From Amoebophrya sp. A120 (Eukaryota > Protista > Dinoflagellata): a stretch of 64,000 nt of DNA. Location of the stretch: NCBI GenBank assembly GCA_905178155.1, contig CAJINV010000003.1:5733985-5797984 (forward strand). Reading direction: 5' to 3'. The notes beneath the pieces are model-generated. The model was not told where the DNA came from, ran no database searches, and worked only from the letters and a program-made list of their open reading frames with translations. The first letter of the stretch is position 1; every line of letters starts with the position of its first letter. A program made the translations under genes and the position numbers. This document shows positions 38,554-50,573 of this stretch, piece after piece.

Positions 38554-39648
38554 GTGACCACGAAGTTTCGGTATGTAGACGCAGCAATGCAACGAATATC
38601 CGGTTGTAAGGATATTCGATAAGAAGTCAAGTTAACAGCTAGTATCTCGTGTGTATTGACGGTGTTGATATGATCTTGTCCTCTCTCTGGGTCAACTAGA
38701 GTGTTTCTGGTCAAGATCGACGAAGGAAACCGTGTAGAACGAAGACGGACACTACGTAACTGAAAGTATTTGACAAATTTTGTTTTCCGTATTTTTTTGA
38801 CAACTTGCTCCTAGATTATCATCAATATTATCATTTTCATTTTCATGAAACATTAACATACTATTTTATATATACGAGTCTACAGCTCACGATGTTTTTT
38901 TTTTACGAAGAAAAGGAATGAGAAAAAAGTCGGCACTTTCTCGAGCTGTTGCAGAACAAAAAAGAGTCAATTGAGTTTTTCTGTGATGCCAATGCGGTGG
39001 GTACTTTCGCGAGAAAGCAGGAGGTTTCTCATCCTCGAAGAGATGCAAAGAACAAGAAGTGACTTCCGTTCAACTGGTCAGTTTTCGGGAAAAAAACTAC
39101 AAAAGGGAGCGAGGGTGTAGTTCATCGATTTGCGAGATTCGTTATTCCACGCGTGCAGCAAGAGTAGGGAAACAGGCTTTCTTAGTTTTTTTTTTTTTGT
39201 GGTCTGCTGTTCGTTCGACGTCGCTCCCGCATCTCCACGGATCAAGTTCGGCAGCTAAGTAAGTTTCTGTTCGTGTCATGCTTTGCAGGTGCGCGCGAGA
39301 CTTTCTTTTCGTCCGACGGTGCAAATCGCACATCGGCGTATCAAGCGCAAGGAGATATCTAACTACAAAAGGAAAAGTAGAAATAACATCGTTGGGAGCA
39401 CGGCATAAAGAACGCTGAAAGACGTATGAAGCTTCGTAGATGAGTTCGGGTATCAGTATCAACGTGCAAGCTTGCTTAAGATGTGTCTTTATCACCTTCA
39501 ACTTCCAATTTTCATTTCAGCGCAGCTTGTTCTCCATTTTTGTTTCCTTCTGGGATATTTTATGTAAATGGACGTAAATCTAAACTGAGGTAGCAGGAGA
39601 CCGGCCGCGGGGAAGCCTGGCAAGTAAACCACACGTCAGAATCACAAA

Positions 39649-40557
39649 ATGGCGTCTGTGTCGCACAAAGCAATCCGCGCGGCTGCGCCCGCGTGGGACG
39701 AATTGACTGCAGACCGAGGCATTCACAGCCAACGCGCGGTCCCCGACCCGGAGAACTATGTACTCGTCCCAAAATTTGCGCTTGGCGACGGCACACAGCG
39801 ACAGGTGGCAGGACACGGACATGCTTGGAGTTCGTCACCCCTCCCTCCGAATCATCTCGATTTCACCCCTGGAGGCGTTTTTCGGGCAAAACATGGCGCA
39901 GCCGTCAATTTCACGGACGGCTGGGGTAGTACAAGTCACGGCCTGTTCTTCGGGAAACGCACTGCAGGCCTTTCGGCGACGGCGCGGAAAGCGGCAACAC
40001 ACGCGGTCGCCCTGCACTGCGTCGGGGTGTACGACCCTACTTTTCGGAGGCTAGCGCCGGGGTCGCGGGACGATATTGTTCCATCCTGGAGGCTGCGGGT
40101 CGACCAAACCGGACCGCTCGACCCCTTGCCTGGTGGCGCAGCAAAAGGGAACGCAGCGACGGAGACGAGTCGCGAACCAGACGCGAATGGGACCGAGCAA
40201 GAACCGGATTACCCGCCAAAAACCGTGTCGAGCCAAGAAACAATCTGGGCCATCGTCGCAAGTTTGCATCTCATGTGGCAACCTGCGTTTTCCCGAGCTC
40301 TGCTTTCGGGATCGCAGGAGCAAGCGTCATTGTCTGGTGCGAGCGACGTCGATAGCTTGGCCACAGTGATATCCGAGGACTACTATACTTTCGGTAGCGA
40401 GCAGGGTGATGTCGATAGCGCGTCGAATGGGTCTAGCGACGAGGACGGGAGCGACGCTGGCGGAGGTTTGTCGCCATCAGAGGTTTGGGCTTTCGACGCC
40501 GCAGCAAAGCGATGGGTTTCCGGTGGATCGAACTACAGAAAAACCGGAAGACCCTGA
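39649..40557 (+). CDS. Hypothetical protein
   Basis: 302-aa ATG ORF in an aaaATG context, GC-rich with AT-rich flanks and an acidic C-terminus. Confidence 0.6.
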   Translation: MASVSHKAIRAAAPAWDELTADRGIHSQRAVPDPENYVLVPKFALGDGTQRQVAGHGHAWSSSPLPPNHLDFTPGGVFRAKHGAAVNFTDGWGSTSHGLFFGKRTAGLSATARKAATHAVALHCVGVYDPTFRRLAPGSRDDIVPSWRLRVDQTGPLDPLPGGAAKGNAATETSREPDANGTEQEPDYPPKTVSSQETIWAIVASLHLMWQPAFSRALLSGSQEQASLSGASDVDSLATVISEDYYTFGSEQGDVDSASNGSSDEDGSDAGGGLSPSEVWAFDAAAKRWVSGGSNYRKTGRP

Positions 40558-41217
40558 TTGTAAGTTAAGATAGCGTGCTGCCAGCGCCGACTGCTCCACG
40601 TATGTTGAAGGGACTTGGGTTCTTCGATACACCGAGGAAGTCGATGAAGATGTGAGGGAAAGCGCTCCTTGCAAGAACGCTGAGGCTTCTCTTACTTTGC
40701 AGGCTCAAGAAATGCAAGTCTGTACCTCTGCTTGAGTTGCGCTTTGGTTGCGTTTTTTTGCTGTTGTATCTGTATGATTATGTTTGGTTCTTGCCAACAA
40801 AACGCATCTGTATTTCACCTTCGGATTGAATTCTTACTGGCGCCATTTTTCCAGTCCTCAGCGATCGCCCCTTCGCGGACTGGTCTTTTCCCGGCATTGT
40901 TCACTGGTAGCGTTGGAACAAAAGTACTGTAGATGCCTGATATAGCGAACAAGCAAGAAATTAATCATACTAGAGCTGCACTGCGATTGCGAAGCTTTTG
41001 TCGCGAGTGCTTATCGAGTGCACCAAATTTGAAGAGGAGCGGTTCGCGAGAGATATTTTTTTTTCGTTTTGTGTTGTGTTTGGCTTTAAGAGAAGAGGAT
41101 TGTGGAGAGAAAAACAAATTTGGATGCAGTTGATGAGGTTTTGATTTTGTCGACGTCGTCCAGATTGCAATAATTTGAATTACAAAGATACTAGGCCGCG
41201 GTATTGAGATCAAAACT

Positions 41218-44200
41218 ATGGCTGCGCAGTCCTCTTCTTTTTCTTCGAAGGGCAAATCAGATCGCCATGCGCGACAGACGGGCGATTGGGTTCCGGTGCC
41301 GCGCCCGGACGCGGTTCAGCTGGCGCGCGAGAGCTACGCTGCCTGCGGTCGGTCGGCACGCTTTCGGGCGCCGTACGAGGCTCAGGTGCAAGAGCTCCAG
41401 CATGCAGTGCAAACAAAATGGGCTTTCGCGCGCAAGTTGTACCTGCAGTTTCTGTTGCAGCCGCTTCGCGCCGCCGCGTATGCGAGTCACCCGTCGCGCC
41501 AGCTGCAAAATGTGGCCTACGGCCGCGCGCGGCGGAAGAAGCGGTGGAAACCACTGCAGCGGCTGGCGGACCAGAGATATGAATTGAAGCGGTACGCCTT
41601 CCAGATGCTGTTGGCGGCCGCGGCGCGCGGAGCCGCCGCGCTGACGATTCAGACCCGGGTGGCGCGGCCGTGGTTAGCGCGGCAACGGGTGCGGCTGGTC
41701 GTGTGGCGACGGGTAGAGCTGCCCCGGGCGGCGACCACCATCCGCCGGGCGTGGGAAGGCGCAGCCCTCCAGCGGCAGGCGGGGCGCGTTCTGCAGTTAC
41801 TGCGCGCGCGCTTGGTGAGGCAGGTTCTGGTTGGCGCGGTGCGGACGTTTCAGTGCAGGCAGGTGCTCACCCGGCTGGCGCGGAAGCAGGCACTGCAGGA
41901 CGAAGCGCGGCGGGCACGGGAAGCGGACGAAGAGCAACGGTTGGCAGTAAAGAGGCAGGCCGAGGAGCGGCAGCGGGAGGCGCGACGCAAGCGCGAACAG
42001 GAGCGCTTCTTTCAGGCGCGGCAAAATTCCCAAGACGTCTTCGACGCGAGTGCGCCACGCGGTGGATCAGTTGCTGGAAGTGGTGTTGCCACGACCGCAG
42101 ACGGGGAGCGCCTGCGGATCCTCAGCGGAAAAGCACCGACAGCCGCGCTGGAAGCGGACATACAGATGCGAGCGGCGACCCGGGTACAGGCCGCGTTCCG
42201 GGGTCGGCGAGTGAGAGAGGCCAATAACCCCTTCTCGGCGCAGAACCGCGCCCCGCGGCCAAACGTCAAAGTGGACCACTCGGGGCACTGGAACTTGCTG
42301 CACCAACGGCAGCACCAGGGGGCGGTGCATCGATTGCACACGGTCGCGCAGGCCGCCGTGCCGGCGCCAGCCGTGGAAGACAGTCCGCGGGGCGAGCCGG
42401 TTGGGAACATCAAGGATCCGCTCGAGGCCGTGCAAAGCCACAACTTGCTGCACGACCACGACGGCCATTGGTCGATGATGCACCAGCGGCAAGCGCATCG
42501 CGCAAAGCAAACAAGCATTGCTCCAAACCGAAGCCTCGACGACGACGGTAGTTTCCCGCAGGCACAAACTGCCGGCTACAGGAATGATTCTGCGAGTGGT
42601 CGTTCTTTGGATGCGCTGCCGCCGAGCGACGAACCCGAGACCCCCTCGTCGTCCCAGAGCAAAGACAAAAACTTTTTGTTTTTCAACGACTTTCTCACCG
42701 GCGTCCTGGGCGGCAAAAGCCAGTCGCCGCGCTACAAGTATCGCGTCCTGCCCACGGCCGAAAATGATGGGCTGGCGCTTCTGCGGATTCCGCGCTTGTG
42801 GTTGCCGAGTGAGCGTGCAAACATGGGCCCAGAGGAGCTGACGGAACTTCGCAATGCCCACCGCGTAGCGCAGGGCCTGTCTTCCGGGGGCGTCCGGGAG
42901 CCTGCAGCCTCCGCCTCCCCAGAGCCGAGCAGCCCGGACGACTTGGCCTCGCCCGTCCACGGGGACCAAAATGAGGTTCCGCCGGACGTGCAGGAAGTTC
43001 CCAGGGAGCGGCGGGGCACTGCAACGGCTCCTCGACTTGTTGTATCACACTCGCCAACTACCGGCGACCCCACAGGACTCGGAAGTAGTCGTGTCGCAGA
43101 CAATCCTTCGCCGAAATCGCAAGTGCAGCAGCCGGGTGCGGTGGTTTCCGCTGCGAAGAAGGCCGCGACAGAGGGGAAGAGCCGCGCGGAGAAGGGCAGT
43201 GGAGGAACTGAGTCATCCGTGGCCCAGCGTGGAAAAGGCGTAGGCCAACGCGTGGCAACCGTACAAAGCGGGAACATAGGAAACTTCTCAGCCGCGGGGG
43301 GCGACCGAAGCGCTCCAGTACCAGGTAAGCGTGATGTTCAGCCGCATCAGGAGCTCGTGTCCCAGATGATAGGTGAGGTGCGCGTGGAGCGCACACAGCG
43401 AAAAAACGAAAGGCTCCGCTCCATGCTGCGCAGGAATCGCGGTCGGCTACTGGGCGTCAGCGCTTTTCCTTTTGCGCTGAAAAACAGGCAGGAACGCTCG
43501 GAGCAGGAACAGAGCGCGCAGCCTCCAAAGGAACAAATTGTGGTTGAGCGAACTGAAAAGAACGCGGGGCTTGATGTAGATGATGGCCTGAACGCGAAGT
43601 ACGACGTAAGCCGCGGGTCGCAAGAGGAAGTTGCCGGGCCCCCCGATGGTGAAAAGCGGAGATCAGATGAGAAAAAGCCTGAAGTGGCTTCGGCCACGGT
43701 TGTTGATGACTTCCCGTCGCTGGATGGGCGCGGTGCTTCTGGCCAACCTCCGAGAGCTCCTGCTTTGTCACCACAATCTTCACGGGTCCCAGGCAGTGCT
43801 GCATCTCCCCTTCTTGTCGGCGCAAGCGAAAAGCCGAAAAGCCCCCCGAGCTACATTGCAGATTCTATTCCTTCAGTTGCGATGGCAGAAGATTCACCGT
43901 CGCGCTCCTCTCCGCAACAAGGATCACCTCCAGTAGCAACGCAAATGGCTGCACACGATGCTGTCGCGGAAGCAAAATCTTTGGCACCATCACTGGAGGT
44001 TCTCCTTCCCGATCGAACTCGCGACGCAGCTCAGGCACAGAAAAAAGCGGCCGAGAAGGAGAGGCTGGAAAGATTGCGCCGTCAACAGGAAGAGGTCGCG
44101 AGTCGGCGCGAGCTTGCGGTCGCAGAGGCGAGGAAACGCGCGGCGGAGATCGCGGAACGGGAGGCGGCTGAAAAGGCTCGGAAAGACGAAATCGTGCGGA

Positions 44201-45744
44201 AAGCCCGAGAGGAACAGGCCAGGCGGAAGCAGTTGAGGCTAGAGACAGCAGCGGCGAACGCTCGAAACCTAGCTGGCGATGCTGACGCACTGGCTCGTGG
44301 AGAAGACAAGGAAGCCGCTGGCTCAGTGCATTTCCCAGAATTTATTTCCCCGGCAGCCCGCGCCCCGGCAGCCTCGAGTAACAGCGTCCGGCCGGAAGTG
44401 TTTGACAAAGCGCAGCCGAACATTCCCCGGGAAATCGTGGGAGCGTCGACTTCTATTGCTTCCTCGCCGGAAAAACCTATGGCATCTTCTTTTGTAGCAG
44501 CTGAGAACAAGGACCTGCCTGGAAAACAAGTAGAACTAGAGGTAAAAATAAAAGCGGCAAAAAGCGCCCCCGCGAGCAAGGAAGAGGTCAGAAAAGCACA
44601 AGAAGAGCGGAAACGGCTGCAGGAGGAAGCCACTCGCGCGCGTGAGCAGGAACGTGTGCAGAGGGAGGAGCGGGAGCGGGCGGATGCCGAGGCCGCCGCT
44701 CGAGTCGCCCGCATGGATGAAGTTTTTCGAAGGTTGGAGCCCGTACTGGTGCGCCTAACCGATGAGGTGCGCAACCGCGAGCTTTTTCTGCACATGCCGC
44801 AGAACGATCGGAACGCGGTGGAGCGGGCCTGGCCTGTAGCTGTGAAGTTGTTTCCGCAGGAAGCGCGAGACCTAGGCCAGGTCGCGGAGGTTCGCGTCGA
44901 GGCCGAAGCGCAGCTGCGCGAGGTGGTGGCGGCCGCGATCAGACTCCAGAGCGTCTACCGGGGTTGGAAGATCCGTCGCCGAGGCCTACTGGAGGAGCGC
45001 GTCCCCCAAAGCGCGGCCGCGCGGCGCATTCAGGAGTCTTGGCGATCGCGGAAAGCGCGCGTTCGCACGATGATTCGGACGCGCATCCCTGCTTTGTGGC
45101 GGAGCCAGACAACTTCCTCCAGGCTGCAGCTGCTCGCCAGCGTGCACACCGGGCCCTTCCGCGACGAGATACGGAAATTTTTATCGACCGAGGTGCCGCA
45201 GCTAAAACGCACGTTCTTCGAGCACAGTCGAAAAGTTTTTGAAGAGCAAGAGGTGAAAAGTGAGATCGCCGCACTGCAGCGAAAGATCATCGGGGTGCTG
45301 GACAGCATGGAGGAGCGCGGCGCCCTCCGGGATACGACGACTAGACCCGGTGGCGGCGTGCATGGCTCCTCCGTTCGGCAAAGACACAACTCCACTTCTG
45401 AGTTGGCGTTCGAACAGCAGATCTTGTCGCTGCTGCGGGCCGCGCTTGCATCGAAGTTGTCTTCCCTCAGCACCTCATCCTCTGAGACCGGTACGACCAA
45501 GAGAACCGTTTTAGCTGGCATCGTGGCTCGTGGGCGGAGCAGCTTTTTGAACTTTATGGAGGCTCAGAACGCAACGCGCGAGCGGGCCGTCAGGCGCTTG
45601 CGAGAAAAAGTGCACGCAGCGGAGCGTGCGGCCGTCGAAGAAGGGGAGCACTACGATGCGACGTTGCAGCGCCTGGAAAACCACTTGCAGGCGCTTCGAT
45701 TGGAAATTCAAAGCTCCAAGTACGATAGAAAAATGGCACTCTAG
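41218..45744 (+). CDS. Large intronless IQ-motif / coiled-coil protein (1508 aa)
   Basis: IQ-like motifs AATRVQAAFRGRRVR, AAIRLQSVYRGWKIRR, AARRIQESWRSRKAR and AALTIQTRVAR, with E/R/K-rich coils and disordered linkers. Confidence 0.8.
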   Translation: MAAQSSSFSSKGKSDRHARQTGDWVPVPRPDAVQLARESYAACGRSARFRAPYEAQVQELQHAVQTKWAFARKLYLQFLLQPLRAAAYASHPSRQLQNVAYGRARRKKRWKPLQRLADQRYELKRYAFQMLLAAAARGAAALTIQTRVARPWLARQRVRLVVWRRVELPRAATTIRRAWEGAALQRQAGRVLQLLRARLVRQVLVGAVRTFQCRQVLTRLARKQALQDEARRAREADEEQRLAVKRQAEERQREARRKREQERFFQARQNSQDVFDASAPRGGSVAGSGVATTADGERLRILSGKAPTAALEADIQMRAATRVQAAFRGRRVREANNPFSAQNRAPRPNVKVDHSGHWNLLHQRQHQGAVHRLHTVAQAAVPAPAVEDSPRGEPVGNIKDPLEAVQSHNLLHDHDGHWSMMHQRQAHRAKQTSIAPNRSLDDDGSFPQAQTAGYRNDSASGRSLDALPPSDEPETPSSSQSKDKNFLFFNDFLTGVLGGKSQSPRYKYRVLPTAENDGLALLRIPRLWLPSERANMGPEELTELRNAHRVAQGLSSGGVREPAASASPEPSSPDDLASPVHGDQNEVPPDVQEVPRERRGTATAPRLVVSHSPTTGDPTGLGSSRVADNPSPKSQVQQPGAVVSAAKKAATEGKSRAEKGSGGTESSVAQRGKGVGQRVATVQSGNIGNFSAAGGDRSAPVPGKRDVQPHQELVSQMIGEVRVERTQRKNERLRSMLRRNRGRLLGVSAFPFALKNRQERSEQEQSAQPPKEQIVVERTEKNAGLDVDDGLNAKYDVSRGSQEEVAGPPDGEKRRSDEKKPEVASATVVDDFPSLDGRGASGQPPRAPALSPQSSRVPGSAASPLLVGASEKPKSPPSYIADSIPSVAMAEDSPSRSSPQQGSPPVATQMAAHDAVAEAKSLAPSLEVLLPDRTRDAAQAQKKAAEKERLERLRRQQEEVASRRELAVAEARKRAAEIAEREAAEKARKDEIVRKAREEQARRKQLRLETAAANARNLAGDADALARGEDKEAAGSVHFPEFISPAARAPAASSNSVRPEVFDKAQPNIPREIVGASTSIASSPEKPMASSFVAAENKDLPGKQVELEVKIKAAKSAPASKEEVRKAQEERKRLQEEATRAREQERVQREERERADAEAAARVARMDEVFRRLEPVLVRLTDEVRNRELFLHMPQNDRNAVERAWPVAVKLFPQEARDLGQVAEVRVEAEAQLREVVAAAIRLQSVYRGWKIRRRGLLEERVPQSAAARRIQESWRSRKARVRTMIRTRIPALWRSQTTSSRLQLLASVHTGPFRDEIRKFLSTEVPQLKRTFFEHSRKVFEEQEVKSEIAALQRKIIGVLDSMEERGALRDTTTRPGGGVHGSSVRQRHNSTSELAFEQQILSLLRAALASKLSSLSTSSSETGTTKRTVLAGIVARGRSSFLNFMEAQNATRERAVRRLREKVHAAERAAVEEGEHYDATLQRLENHLQALRLEIQSSKYDRKMAL

Positions 45745-47286
45745 TGGCGGGGAGTTTCATTGAGGCAAACCGGAGGTAGTTTCGCGTTTGTTCAGCAGAA
45801 AGACGAGTACGCTTGTGGCTGCTAGCGCGGGGCGAGTCTGAAATGTACTGCCGCAGGGTCGCTACCTGGTTCTTTCCAAGAAAACGCTAGTACTGAACCG
45901 TCACTAGGACGTATTTGGAATGATTTGCGTTCGTGCTACTCCTCCACTTGCTCGCGCTAGCATTTCCGCGCAATTCAGCTGCAAAGGAAGATGAAGTGTT
46001 GCGCGGTCGACTTCAACACTGCGGGATTCGATCCGGTTCGTAGCACTGCATGGCTGGTCCTCAAAGCAGAAAGTCCCGTAGATCATGATGCATAAAGAAC
46101 CAAGAGTTTGAGTTTCTCTAGGATCTCTAGACCGGAACACAGAAATCGAAAGGTCCCGTGCTCTGCTGCTGCGAAATGGCGGAAAATGATCAAGGAGCAG
46201 GCTGAAGCACTTTTGCGAATTGCAATCACGCTCGAACTTTAGGCTCTGCTTGAGCAAAGATGATCATGATTCAGAAAGGAAGATAAGTACGACAAAAGGA
46301 TCCCTTCGAGTGGATCAGCTTTTGCCCATGAGGTCGATATCTGAGCCTAAAAGAAGCATAGGCGAATAAAAAGAATATGAAATCTGCCGGATCTTTCATG
46401 TTGTCTTATTTCCAAAAAACAGGAGGAGAAGCATAACGCGTCTCGGCAGGATCCGTATCGGGCGGCATAGTAGTCTTATCTATCATCTACGTTCACCTCG
46501 TGACTTGCCATGCTGTAGTTGTAGCAATTCTTGACGCACGTCCATAGATCCATCGTATGTAGTGAGGTCACCGAACGGTTCTAACCGGGGAGTTTTTTTG
46601 CCACCTCCCGTGAAAAACGGCCGGCAGTTTCCAAGCGGGCGGAAGTGTTTTTGGACATAAAAAATTTCCAATTATCAAGTGGCTTTGGCTGTGTCGGGAC
46701 CGAATCGCCAGCGGATTCTATCGCTCGCCGCTTGGTAAAACGACGCAGGGGAGCCGGCAAAAGGGGCGCCCTTCTGAGGCGCCCACCGCCTTAGTTTCTA
46801 GCGATTTGGGGCGCCCAAAAAGGGGCGCGCAAAAAACGCGCCCAAGATCAGAACAGCGAAACAGCACGGCACGGCGGCGATTTCGGAGCATTTTGGGCGG
46901 CCGCGAAAGCGGCCGCCCTTTCGGCGGTTTTAGAGCCTGGGAAGCTTTGCAAAAAGCGCCGGCGTGAAAAATAAAAACGCGAAAAAAAAAAAGTGCGCCA
47001 GATGCACAAAGCCAATCCGCATGCTATGGGCCCGGTTTTTCTTCGCTTTTTGGGCGCCCCCCGTGGCACCCGGATCGGCCCCATAGCATCGGGGCTGGCT
47101 TTCGGAAAGGAATTTTGGAAATGTGCCAAAATTTGCGACGTTCCCCAAGTGGCCGCCATACCGTGCGGCATAACGTTACTCACGGTGGTATGGCGAGCCC
47201 ATAAAAAGCAAAGCCGCGGCCAAGGCTATGGTCGGCAAAAAAACGCCCACGACCTCACTACCCCCGCCCCGGCGGCTATATTTGGT

Positions 47287-48492
47287 ATGACAAAAATGAG
47301 TCGCAGCCGCGGCGCAGTTACGTACTGGGTGGAACATATGGAGGAGGGAGCAGAGATATCCGATTGGGTGGCGCTCGAGTATGCCCACATGCGTCTATGT
47401 GTTGGTGGAGACCGGTTGGTGATCAGTCAGTTCCCGGAGGAAACGAGTGTAGTTCACAGTCCTGAACGAACAGACGCATCTTCCACTCGGGTTCCCGAGT
47501 GCGCGGAGCACGAGGCCCTAAAGGCTTTTCTAGCACCGGAACAACAACCCCCGGCTCCAGCAACCGATGAGATCATCATTACAAGCGGCTCCAGCAGCTC
47601 GAGTTTGGCGTTTGATGCCCCACCGGCGACGTCAGCACGACCCTCACTGCACCTCGCGACGTCGCTGCCCGTCTTGCTGCAAACGAGTCGGGAGTGTTTC
47701 ACCGGAAAAAGGATATGCCTCCTGGACATGAAAGCGGACCAGCCCCTGCGCCCCGACGACGCGTTTGATTTCGTGGTTGCGGGGGGCATTTTGGGGAACA
47801 TCCTGCCGGCAGGCGAAGGATCAGCCGACGACGGCGACGCGACGAGAGGGAGTGGTGTTCCGGTGGACACGAGTTCTACTTCGCTGGGCGTGGCCACGGG
47901 GTACTATCCGTACACCTCAGACGATCGCACCGCCGAGATCCGGGCGAAACTGCCTCCCTGGGTGGAGCGCCGTCACCTGGGTTCGTGGCAGATGACGACG
48001 GACACCGCGCTGCTGGTGTCAAAGCTGGTTCTGGAGGAACGCCTGAGCCTGGAGGAGATCCCATTCCTCGACGGTCCAGAGATTCCGCTTGACGAAGCCG
48101 GGCCGGAGAAAGAGTATTCCCTTGCATCGAGGTCGTGGAACTGCGAGGTCGTTGCACCGGGGGCGCAGGACGAGCTAGAAGGGAGACCAAGTACTTCGTA
48201 TTATTTCGACCAAGTCCTCATGCCGGGCGTGCTGGACGCGATACGTGTGCTACAGGAGAAGAAAAGCGGTAGACGAGTAGACCCGAAAAACCGGGCACAA
48301 GGACACGAAGATCAACCAGACCGCATACCAGGAACTCCGAGCACCGTGTGCGGCGAAGTAGTAGAAATGGAAGGCTTTCGTTATGTGGCGCGAACAGCGG
48401 GGGAAAAGCAATGCCAGAGGAAACTGGTTCCCATTGTTCCGCCGGGCATGAGAGAATACTGGCAATCTAGTTGCGACGACGACATTTTCTAA
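47287..48492 (+). CDS. SFM1-like SPOUT-family methyltransferase
   Basis: Motifs YWVEHMEE..SDWVALEYAHM, CLLDMKA..LRPDD, FDFVVAGGILGN, DRTAEIR, RHLGSWQMTTDTA, IPFLDGPEI. Start is likely ATG 47287 or 47296. Confidence 0.85.
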   Translation: MTKMSRSRGAVTYWVEHMEEGAEISDWVALEYAHMRLCVGGDRLVISQFPEETSVVHSPERTDASSTRVPECAEHEALKAFLAPEQQPPAPATDEIIITSGSSSSSLAFDAPPATSARPSLHLATSLPVLLQTSRECFTGKRICLLDMKADQPLRPDDAFDFVVAGGILGNILPAGEGSADDGDATRGSGVPVDTSSTSLGVATGYYPYTSDDRTAEIRAKLPPWVERRHLGSWQMTTDTALLVSKLVLEERLSLEEIPFLDGPEIPLDEAGPEKEYSLASRSWNCEVVAPGAQDELEGRPSTSYYFDQVLMPGVLDAIRVLQEKKSGRRVDPKNRAQGHEDQPDRIPGTPSTVCGEVVEMEGFRYVARTAGEKQCQRKLVPIVPPGMREYWQSSCDDDIF

Positions 48493-49347
48493 ACGTGATT
48501 TGTCCTTCGATTTGTAGACTTCAGCTGCTTATTGATTCAGACACGCACTTTTACACAAGTAAGCGATAAAAAAATGGTCAGGATAAACACAGCGTCATGT
48601 TGGCCCTCGTCATCTGTGTCATGATTGTGCCGCAGAAGAGAGCAGAACTGCAGTACTGCGGACGGAAATGGAAGCAGTGTTCGACGGAATCGAAGAGGAA
48701 GACGTAGTTGTAGAACAGCTGCAAATGATAAAATCGAAAGTCGGATCCCCAATTTCGCGGCCTCGGTCTAAACAGTAGCTGTGAGTTTTTCTCCCGATAG
48801 TTTTGTAGGTCGTACAGAGGAAGAAAGGGAGGCACAAAGATGATCACTACCGTCTGATTCAGTCGGCAATCGGCTTACGTTTGCAGATCCTTTGCGGGAA
48901 GATGAAATGCGAATGCCAAATCGGAAATGATCAAAAACGCAAAATGCAGAACCGAGCAAAAACAAAGGAATGACATCAGAAAATACTAACTTCAACCATT
49001 ATAGAACGCAAGTATTGAATCACACCCAGGTCCTCCTTTATCTTTTTCCATCCCCTACTCACCCAAGCAACTTTTTCCCGCTGTAGCATCCCCCTGCTTA
49101 ATATTCTGAACCACGACGACAAAAAGATCTTTCGTTTTAATTAGTAGGCGACCAAATTACAAAGAAATTCGTATGGACTGAGCAAATTTCTGGTCTACCT
49201 GACAACAGGCACGAAGAGGTACCAACTAACAGGCAGAGATAATTACATTATACATATAGACTGACGGGAACGAGCGGCAAGCTTTTCGTTTTTTTTTTGA
49301 AGAATAAAAGATAGATCCAGCTCCGAGGAGCAGTAAGCATCACAAAA

Positions 49348-49776
49348 ATGTCGTACATGCTTCCGCATCTGCACAGCGGCTGGGCCGTGGACCAGGCGAT
49401 TTTGTCGGAAGAGGAGCGGTTGGTGGTGGTCCGGTTCGGGCACGACTACGACGAGGAGTGCATGCAGATGGACGAAATTCTGTACGGGATCCAGGACGAC
49501 GTGAAGAACTACGCCGTGATCTACCTGGTGGACACCAAGGAGGTGCCAGACTTCAACACCATGTACGAAATTTACGATCGGGTTACGGTGATGTTCTTCT
49601 TCCGGAACAAGCACATGATGATCGACTTGGGCACGGGAAACAACAATAAAATCAACTGGCCCTTCAACAACAAGCAGGAGCTGATCGACATCTTCGAGAC
49701 GGTGTACCGGGGCGCCCGGAAGGGGCGAGGTCTCGTCATCTCCGCAAAAGACTACTCAACAAAGTACCGCTACTAG
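49348..49776 (+). CDS. DIM1: U5 snRNP thioredoxin-like protein Dim1 (TXNL4A)
   Basis: Near-invariant 142-aa sequence MSYMLPHLHSGWAVDQAILSEEERLVVVRFG...GARKGRGLVISAKDYSTKYRY. Confidence 0.98.
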   Translation: MSYMLPHLHSGWAVDQAILSEEERLVVVRFGHDYDEECMQMDEILYGIQDDVKNYAVIYLVDTKEVPDFNTMYEIYDRVTVMFFFRNKHMMIDLGTGNNNKINWPFNNKQELIDIFETVYRGARKGRGLVISAKDYSTKYRY

Positions 49777-50573
49777 TCGGCAAGAACCCTGTTCTAGTAC
49801 CTGTTGGTCCAGTGCAGCTGCCACGTCGGGCGTCTCAGGTTGATCCTAGATTCTCATTATCCCGCTGGCAGGCTTCGAGTAGTTCAATGCACACCTGCGT
49901 ACGGCGATCTGCATCTACTGTGTCCCGTTCTTGCCCTGGCCCATTCACCGCCGCGGATATGCAGTGCGGTTTGAAAGCAGACGGAGCGAAGGTGTAGATT
50001 GCTTCGAGGGTTGTTCGATTGTCGCTTCTGCGAGCATCTGCTCGTATGCAGCAGAGCAGGCTGCAATAAGAAGAACAGAAGACAAGTGTGTCGAGTGAAA
50101 AAGCGCCCAAGATGAATTTTGGCTACTGCATTGACCAGCCCGGGCAGTAACACAAAATGAACAAAGCAAGTAACTGAAGCTGATGAATCCGTGGCTGTAT
50201 TTGCTAGAAGGGGGCGGCGAGTAGTCCTCTTCCCTTCCTCGTTGTGCCAAGCGAGCGAACGCGTGTTCAAGCCCAGCGGTAATAGATCACCATCTTGGAA
50301 CTTATAAATTATTTAGGTGTCATCTCTACGCAAAATGTCCTCATGGTCAAGAGAGTTGTTTGTTCCTTCGGCTTTTGTAGTTTTGTCCACACTATCGTAA
50401 TTGGGTCTTAGTTCTTCTCGTTGGAGCATTGACGATAGGTGTGGTTCGTCAAGCCATAGAATTGGAAGCCAAAAAAAAGAAGAAAAGCTCAATGCGGCGA
50501 CGAGAATGGTTTCACTTTCACCAAGGAACAGGCGGGAGCGAGCGATGAACTGGCGTACACATTAAAGACCATC

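Noticed and set aside
46993-47286. N-terminal extension of the 499-aa ORF
   Set aside because: It starts at GTG and runs through the anomalous hairpin region. SFM1 similarity begins only after ATG 47287/47296.
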